A stretch of DNA of 64,000 bases, taken from an uncultured Acidimicrobiia bacterium (GTDB lineage Bacteria; Acidobacteriota; Terriglobia; Versatilivoradales; Versatilivoraceae). The stretch is from positions 9,133-73,132 of the forward strand of contig CAVVYL010000060.1 in the NCBI GenBank assembly GCA_963752385.1, in the 5' to 3' direction. Position numbers and translations under genes: made by a program. Within the stretch, counting starts at the first letter, position 1. Each line of letters starts with the position of its first letter. Shown here piece after piece: positions 58,713 through 64,000 of this stretch. The notes under the pieces are model-generated. The model was not told the origin of the DNA and did no database searches. It saw only the letters and a list, made by a program, of their open reading frames with translations.

Positions 58713-60798
58713 CTCCGGCAGGCGCTGGCGCGCCGAGGCTCGACGAATCAGCTCGTTGGCTTCGTAGCACGCCTTGTGCGATGAGCTGCGCAGCCTGACC
58801 GGGCGTCACGCCGGTACCGCCGCTGGACAGCAGCGTGGTCGCCAGCCGCAGCGGCGCGATGGGGCCGCCCCCCTTCTCGGCCACCCGCTCGGCCCAGGCA
58901 ATCACCGCCTGCCGCACCGTAAGAACGATGTGCGCCGACTGCAGCTTGCCTTCCTGACCAAGGCCGATGACGATCACCGCTTCTGGGCGTGGCGCCGGCC
59001 AGAACTTGCCCTTCGGAATTTGACGATTGATGAAGATGCGATGCGTACCCGGCTCGACCGGGTACACGCCGAGGTCGAGCGCATTGGTCATCGCGCGATC
59101 GAGCAACCGGTCGACGACCTTTTCGGTTCCAGTGAGACGGGTCGCGCGGTAGTGCCCAACCAGCAGCGGACGCTCTTCGAAGGTCAGATCGCCGTTGATG
59201 ACGGTGATTCCAAGTTTCGCCTCGGGCTCAGCCGCGACCGCCCGTGCGGCCCGACCCGTAAACCGCGCTCGCTTGGCCGCGACCGGTCTCCCTCCGGCGA
59301 TGGCCGGCACTGACACTCCGGCCGCACCCGCGCGGAGCAGACGCCGATCGGGCAATTGCTGGGCGGGATCGAGCGGCGCCAGCTTCTGCGCCTGGTCGTT
59401 GAGCGCCGCGACGAGAAACGCCACGGTCTCCGGCTGCGCGAAGAAGTTGACGTGGGTGACGTCGTCGCGGTCGATGTTGCCCCCTGGCCCGAAGCACCCG
59501 ATGCGCGATCCCGGGATGAACGTGCCGCCCGACGGGTCGACGCGCCATCCCCCTTCCGACGGCACCACAAGATCGTTGGCCGTGTTGAAGAACTGATCGA
59601 TGCCCATATCGAGCAGACGCTCAAGCACGGTGCTGCCGGGGTTGTAGTTGGCAGCCAACACGGAGTACCGGTCCGCGGGCGGGCCGGGCGGAGACTGGAG
59701 CTCGCGGATCAGATCGCCGTCCCCATCCATGGAGTGAATGCCCGGCAGGTCGCCCGACGCATGACGCGCGATCCACACGAGACCGTGCGCCACGAACTCG
59801 GCGCCGGTCGTGAACGGGTTCTCAGGAAACAGCTCGAGCAGATTGGCGACCCACCCGACCGTGTCCTCCCACCGCGACGGCGTGGCGAGCGGCGTGCCTT
59901 CATTGGGCGCTGCGACGATGATGGCGCGGCCGAGCGTGAAGCGGGACGCCAGCGCGCCGAACGCGTCCCGCCGCTCGACGAGGTTCCGCAATACCAGCCC
60001 GCCGCGGGAATGTGTGATGACGTCGAAGGTGAAAGCCTTGTCCGGCAGCTCCTTCAGGAGCATCCGGACGTTTTCTTCCGGCGTGCGGCTGATGGAAAAG
60101 TGATCGAACGCGAAGATGCGGTCGCCGTACAGCGGCGCCACTTCCTCGAAGAAGTTCGATTTCGCCAGCGAAGCGAACGCGCCGGAGGCGTTCGAAAAGG
60201 TGCCGTGCACGAGAAGCAGGGACCGCTCCGTGGAAGACGGCTTGCCAGCGTCGAGTCGGCCACCTACGAGCCCCCCCTTCGTGACCTTGAGCCAGCCTTC
60301 TTTGAGTCCCTTGGACTTCCAGACGGCCGTTTCGAAGGCCAGAGCGAGCTTCGACAGCACAAACCCCACGGCGGCGTCGAGGGCGGCGCCTGCGACCTTG
60401 ACGATTACGGCCTTGATGGCCTTGCTGACCACTCCGCGGCTGGTCGTGAGATCGCTCCCCCCGAGGTCCGGCCGAATGGGCGCGATGAATCGCACTTCGA
60501 CCGGCCCGCCGCGGGTGCGGCTGGTTGTCGTGCGTGGCGCATGAAAGGTCAGTGCTCCAGAGGCATGGCGCAGGGCGAGCACGGCAGATTCGCCCGGCGA
60601 TAACTCGTAGGTGATGTCGAGCGCGCTCGGTGCAGCGGCGGCGCCGCGGACGGCGGGCCGAGCTTGCGCGACGAACTCCTCTGTGCTCTTCGCTTGAGTG
60701 AGGAACTCAGGCGGCAGGCTCGGAATACCGGCCCCCAGCCCGCGGGTCGTTGCGGCTGGTTGGATGTTCCAACCGGGAGAATTCAGTTTGATCGCCAT
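58543..60798 (-). CDS. alpha/beta-hydrolase (lipase/esterase-like, PGAP1/DUF676-type) protein; its 3' end (about 58543-58790) looks out of frame and continues in frame with the CHAT ORF
   Basis: ATG 60798 with GAGGAG ribosome-binding site. …LLLVHGTFSNASGAF… and …FDVITHSRGGLV… (GxSxG nucleophile elbow). The last roughly 80 codons are Arg/Ala/Gly-rich nonsense, typical of an off-frame high-GC read. Confidence 0.55.
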   Translation of the reverse strand: MAIKLNSPGWNIQPAATTRGLGAGIPSLPPEFLTQAKSTEEFVAQARPAVRGAAAAPSALDITYELSPGESAVLALRHASGALTFHAPRTTTSRTRGGPVEVRFIAPIRPDLGGSDLTTSRGVVSKAIKAVIVKVAGAALDAAVGFVLSKLALAFETAVWKSKGLKEGWLKVTKGGLVGGRLDAGKPSSTERSLLLVHGTFSNASGAFASLAKSNFFEEVAPLYGDRIFAFDHFSISRTPEENVRMLLKELPDKAFTFDVITHSRGGLVLRNLVERRDAFGALASRFTLGRAIIVAAPNEGTPLATPSRWEDTVGWVANLLELFPENPFTTGAEFVAHGLVWIARHASGDLPGIHSMDGDGDLIRELQSPPGPPADRYSVLAANYNPGSTVLERLLDMGIDQFFNTANDLVVPSEGGWRVDPSGGTFIPGSRIGCFGPGGNIDRDDVTHVNFFAQPETVAFLVAALNDQAQKLAPLDPAQQLPDRRLLRAGAAGVSVPAIAGGRPVAAKRARFTGRAARAVAAEPEAKLGITVINGDLTFEERPLLVGHYRATRLTGTEKVVDRLLDRAMTNALDLGVYPVEPGTHRIFINRQIPKGKFWPAPRPEAVIVIGLGQEGKLQSAHIVLTVRQAVIAWAERVAEKGGGPIAPLRLATTLLSSGGTGVTPGQAAQLIAQGVLRSQRADSSSLGAPAPAGGARAPLHRVVFEPRHRSVGSAEDAGQSDTVSLPCRGAHCGRDGIAATTTRVGVSRR

Positions 60799-60911
60799 TT
60801 ACACTCCTCGGCTCGATAGACGAACGCTTACGACGCCTTAGATTGGGAGCTTGCTGAAAATGTACCAGTGTCAAAGAAACAAAGAGACCTTATCTTCCCT
60901 TCATCGGCCGG

Positions 60912-61934
60912 CTAGCCAGCTTCGGGGACCGGCCACCATCCCGCGAGGCCCATTGTGGCCCACGCGGTACCGACGTAGACGATTGGTTTGAGATCACGGG
61001 CAGGGCCCGGTCCCGGTGGCTCGGCGGATCGTGAAGTCATCTGCCACGATCCGTCCAGCTGCTGTGTGTCGACAAGGAACCTGGTTGCGCGCCGGACAGC
61101 TTCGGCGACACCGGTATCTCTCGATCCCCTCAAGACATAGAGGGCTTGGCCGGTGGCAAAGGCGTCGCTCTTCATGTTCGGCGTTTGGCTCCAGCCTCCC
61201 GCTGCATCTTGTTCGCGCAATAGAGCCGCCACCAGCTGTTTCTTCTGGTCGGAAGCCCCACCCAGCTTCGAGAGCACCATTAGGCGCATAGTTAATGATT
61301 GGTGGTTTGTATCGGACCCGGACCCCATGCGAGTGAGCCACTGCACGGCTTTGTCACGCTGGATCTTCCATCGGTCTACTTCACCTTTCTTGGGAGACGT
61401 CGCGAGGGCCAAATAAAACCAACTCGTCTGGACATCGATTGAGCCGTGAACAGGCGGACGACCACCCTTGTTGGCGTTCCACGAGCCATCTGCCATTTGC
61501 TGAGTCACCACGCGATCCAGCAACGTCTGCTGTACCTTCTCAGTCCAAGAGTCGCCGATTCCCGATCCCATGATCGCGAGAGCCATATTGAGCGGACCAA
61601 GGTAGTCGGGTTCACTTCGTTCCTTATCCAATGGCAAATCGGGGAACACCTTGGCCAGATTACCGTCCAACGCCCAGGATGTAGCCTGGTTGATAGCCTC
61701 CACGTTCACCGGATAGCCGCACTTTCTTCCTTCGCCCAGACCCCAAACCATGAGGGGGATGTGGTGGCAGGAGGCACACTGCTGCTTTTTCATCCACGCC
61801 AGACCTTCCTTTTCCAAAAAGGCAAGGCCACGTTCCACCGACTGGCGCACCTGAAGAGACGAGGAGCTGTCTGAAGGCGAGCTTGCCAGCGAGACACTCG
61901 CGACCACTGTGATGAGAAGCTGCGAAAAATGCAT
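60912..61934 (-). CDS. secreted protein with CxxCH motif and prenyltransferase/squalene-oxidase-like (terpenoid-cyclase QW) repeats
   Basis: Signal peptide, CASCH, and repeated Q..DGSW motifs (QQMADGSW, QDAAGGW, QQLDGSW). Confidence 0.5.
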   Translation of the reverse strand: MHFSQLLITVVASVSLASSPSDSSSSLQVRQSVERGLAFLEKEGLAWMKKQQCASCHHIPLMVWGLGEGRKCGYPVNVEAINQATSWALDGNLAKVFPDLPLDKERSEPDYLGPLNMALAIMGSGIGDSWTEKVQQTLLDRVVTQQMADGSWNANKGGRPPVHGSIDVQTSWFYLALATSPKKGEVDRWKIQRDKAVQWLTRMGSGSDTNHQSLTMRLMVLSKLGGASDQKKQLVAALLREQDAAGGWSQTPNMKSDAFATGQALYVLRGSRDTGVAEAVRRATRFLVDTQQLDGSWQMTSRSAEPPGPGPARDLKPIVYVGTAWATMGLAGWWPVPEAG

Positions 61935-62070
61935 GCCGCCACGCCTCCTGTAGGAGTTCCGACATTATGTTTGAAGGTCATGATTCGGGCGATCGACCGA
62001 GTCGTCTGTCTGGGTAGCGATCGAGTTGAGGGGCGGCCGTAAGCCGTCGCCTCAACTTGTTAGGGCCCGG

Positions 62071-62958
62071 TCACTCCTCGATCTCGCCGAACCCGTGTTC
62101 TGGTTGCGACACACCCGCCGCAGGATCGTGCTTCAACGCTGCCATGGCTACCCCTCCAAGTATCAGAAGGCTCGCGGCGATTAGCCTCATAGACACTTGC
62201 TCTGAAAGCCACGCGACACCACCGAAGGCAGCAAGAACTGGCACCAAGAGCTGCACCACCGATGCCTGAGTTGTCGTCAGGCTTCTCAGCGCTGTGTACC
62301 AAAGAACATATCCCAGTCCGGAGGTAACGATTCCGGATATCAGTGCGAGCAGGATGCCGGACGGCTCCAGGTGAATCGAGGCAAGCGCGACTATGCTCGC
62401 AAGGAGTGCCATCGGCACCGACAGAAGGAAGTTCCCAGCGGTCATGGAAACCGGTGCTGGAGCGCCCTTGCCGCGGATCGAGTACACGCCCCAGGCTATC
62501 CCCGCGACCGACATCAAGAGTGCGCCAATCGGGTCGGGAGCCGAGATCCCCGGTAGCACGAGATAGATGAGACCGGCAATCGCCGCGGCTGAGCCAACCC
62601 ACTGAACGGCTCCGAGACGCTCGCCTGATCTTAGCCCTGCACTGATCATGGTCATCTGCACTGACCCGAAGAGGATGAGCGCTCCCATTCCCGTACTGAG
62701 TGATACATAGGCCAGGGAGAACGCAGCTGCGTAAGCGAACAGCGCGAGACCTGAACCCCAGGAGCCCTTTGTTTTGTGCGGCGCCCTTGATTCCGCGACC
62801 AACCGAGAAATGGGGGCCAGAGCCAGTGCGCCACTGACGAGACGAACAGTAGTGAACGACACCGGATCTATGAGGTCCCCACCCAGCGCCATGCGGCAGA
62901 GCAGGGAGTTTGCGGCAAAAGCGATGAGCGTCAGTGCAGTAAGAGTTACTACGATCAT
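62071..62958 (-). CDS. DMT-superfamily (EamA-like) transporter
   Basis: Ten predicted TM helices in two EamA-like halves. 295 aa. The ORF track offers both 62965 and 62958 as starts. Confidence 0.7.
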   Translation of the reverse strand: MIVVTLTALTLIAFAANSLLCRMALGGDLIDPVSFTTVRLVSGALALAPISRLVAESRAPHKTKGSWGSGLALFAYAAAFSLAYVSLSTGMGALILFGSVQMTMISAGLRSGERLGAVQWVGSAAAIAGLIYLVLPGISAPDPIGALLMSVAGIAWGVYSIRGKGAPAPVSMTAGNFLLSVPMALLASIVALASIHLEPSGILLALISGIVTSGLGYVLWYTALRSLTTTQASVVQLLVPVLAAFGGVAWLSEQVSMRLIAASLLILGGVAMAALKHDPAAGVSQPEHGFGEIEE

Positions 62959-63134
62959 GAATCACGCGGCAGTACCCAGCAATGGCATCGCATAGCAGAG
63001 AACCTCACCCTCAAGGCGCAACCGTGCCGTCATCGCGGTTAAGGCGTTTTCAGTTCTCTCGGCCAGGTCTGCTGGTAGCTCTGGTAGCCTTCTTCCGCTC
63101 TTGCCAGCGCTGCAGCATCTGGAACTCTTCAGGC

Positions 63135-63623
63135 TTACCCGCCTCGCTGTTTCTCCCATCGCCATACCAATCCGTCTTCTGGGTCGATGACCTCTCCGAT
63201 GTAGCGGAAACCACACTTGGTCAAGACCCGTGTCGAAGCGTTCCCTTCCGGGAGCGTGTGTGCCCGGACCGTGCGAACCCGGGAATCGCCAAAAGCGTAG
63301 ATCACCAGCGCTTCCGCGGCTTCGGTGGCGTACCCCTTCCCCTGCTGATCGGGATCGACCCCGTAGGCGATCTCTACCACGCCGTCCGCTGCCGGAGGCC
63401 CTTTGAAGCCACATTTGCCGATGGCAATGCCGGTTTCCCGATGCACCATGGAGAAACCGTGCGTCCACGGATCTGCCGAAGTCGAGGCGTGAAGCCGCGC
63501 CAGCCAGTCCGCTGACAACTCTGCCTTCTCTGAAGGGCTCATCGCCTCGATCATCGCGTGGACATCCTCCAGTGTCATTGGAATCAGCTTCAGGCTTTTC
63601 GTTTGCATGTGCGTTGCGCTCAT
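63135..63623 (-). CDS. GNAT-family N-acetyltransferase (RimJ/RimL-like)
   Basis: …GFSMVHRETGIAIGKCGF…, …DQQGKGYATEAAEALVIYAF…, …NASTRVLTKCGFRYIG…. The first ATG lies inside a TTG-started ORF. Confidence 0.7.
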   Translation of the reverse strand: MSATHMQTKSLKLIPMTLEDVHAMIEAMSPSEKAELSADWLARLHASTSADPWTHGFSMVHRETGIAIGKCGFKGPPAADGVVEIAYGVDPDQQGKGYATEAAEALVIYAFGDSRVRTVRAHTLPEGNASTRVLTKCGFRYIGEVIDPEDGLVWRWEKQRGG

Positions 63624-63752
63624 CGGCTGGCTTAACAATTTCCAGATCTACCTCAAAACGAGACGGCACATCCATGGCGCTGGCCTCCCGCTAATTGGGA
63701 TGTGACGCCGAATAACGCCACAATGTTGGGCGGATGCGGGACGTTATCTGTC

Positions 63753-64000
63753 TTACCACGCAGGGACGCCGCTCTTGTCAGCATAATAAAAAAGGATATC
63801 GAAATTGCCCGGCGCGTAGCCGAGCATTCTCAGCAGCAGCGCGACCTGCCCTCGGTGATGAATCCCATGGATGGCAGCGTGGTGCATCAAGTCTCCCAAT
63901 GGCATTGAGCGGACCTCGGACTGACCGATGGTGTACTCAATGTTGCGAGCCACATCTTCGTCCTTCAGCGTCGATAAGAACTCCCGCACATATCCCTCGA
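63753..64000 (-). CDS. DinB-family protein, C-terminal part (N-terminus beyond window end)
   Basis: …MHHAAIHGIHHRGQVALLLRMLGYAP… is a DinB_2 C-terminal motif. The ORF runs off the window. Confidence 0.5.
   Translation of the reverse strand, partial: EGYVREFLSTLKDEDVARNIEYTIGQSEVRSMPLGDLMHHAAIHGIHHRGQVALLLRMLGYAPGNFDILFYYADKSGVPAW

Noticed and set aside
1-64000. Search for CRISPR arrays, tRNA and rRNA genes
   Set aside because: No direct-repeat/spacer periodicity, no cloverleaf-like segments and no rRNA-like conserved stretches were seen by eye. A tRNAscan/Infernal run would be needed for certainty.

Overview
A 64 kb high-GC (roughly 60%) chromosomal segment with strong Acidobacteria (Solibacter-type) character. 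It carries two PSD1 (DUF1549/DUF1553) plus DUF1501 gene pairs, a TonB-dependent receptor with a carboxypeptidase-regulatory-like N-terminus, a PadR plus duplicated-permease (ADOP/FtsX) pair, TPR plus CRTAC1/ASPIC-UnbV proteins and Ser/Thr kinase-TolB/WD40 fusions. Between 8.6 and 20.4 kb there is a plus-strand catabolic cluster: a mevalonate-kinase-like GHMP kinase, a cyclase-family hydrolase, an RPE-like epimerase fused to a D-2-hydroxyacid dehydrogenase, a GH140 (DUF4038) hydrolase, a Zn alcohol dehydrogenase, a GntR/FCD regulator, a GH5-like hydrolase, a PanE-like reductase, a UlaG-like MBL hydrolase and an FAH-family hydrolase. Between 37.6 and 42.5 kb there is a lower-GC decayed island: a truncated IS110 transposase, a kinase N-terminal fragment, a SpoIIE/PP2C phosphatase and tyrosine-integrase remnants. 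Between 53.5 and 60.8 kb there is a minus-strand candidate conflict island: an amidohydrolase, a TIR-domain protein, a DinB-like protein and a very GC-rich lipase-like alpha/beta-hydrolase that appears fused, through a frameshift, to a CHAT peptidase. Several otherwise conserved genes need one or two frameshifts to read through: DUF1501, the TonB receptor, the kinase-TolB gene, the integrase and the hydrolase-CHAT gene. These are either pseudogenes or indel errors. No rRNA, tRNA or CRISPR array was recognised. The supplied ORF track accepts TTG/GTG/CTG starts, so several starts were moved to the first in-frame ATG; ATG and RBS presence was confirmed by direct base count only for a subset, and the mvk, MBL-hydrolase, GH20, CRTAC1 and DMT-transporter starts are inferred.
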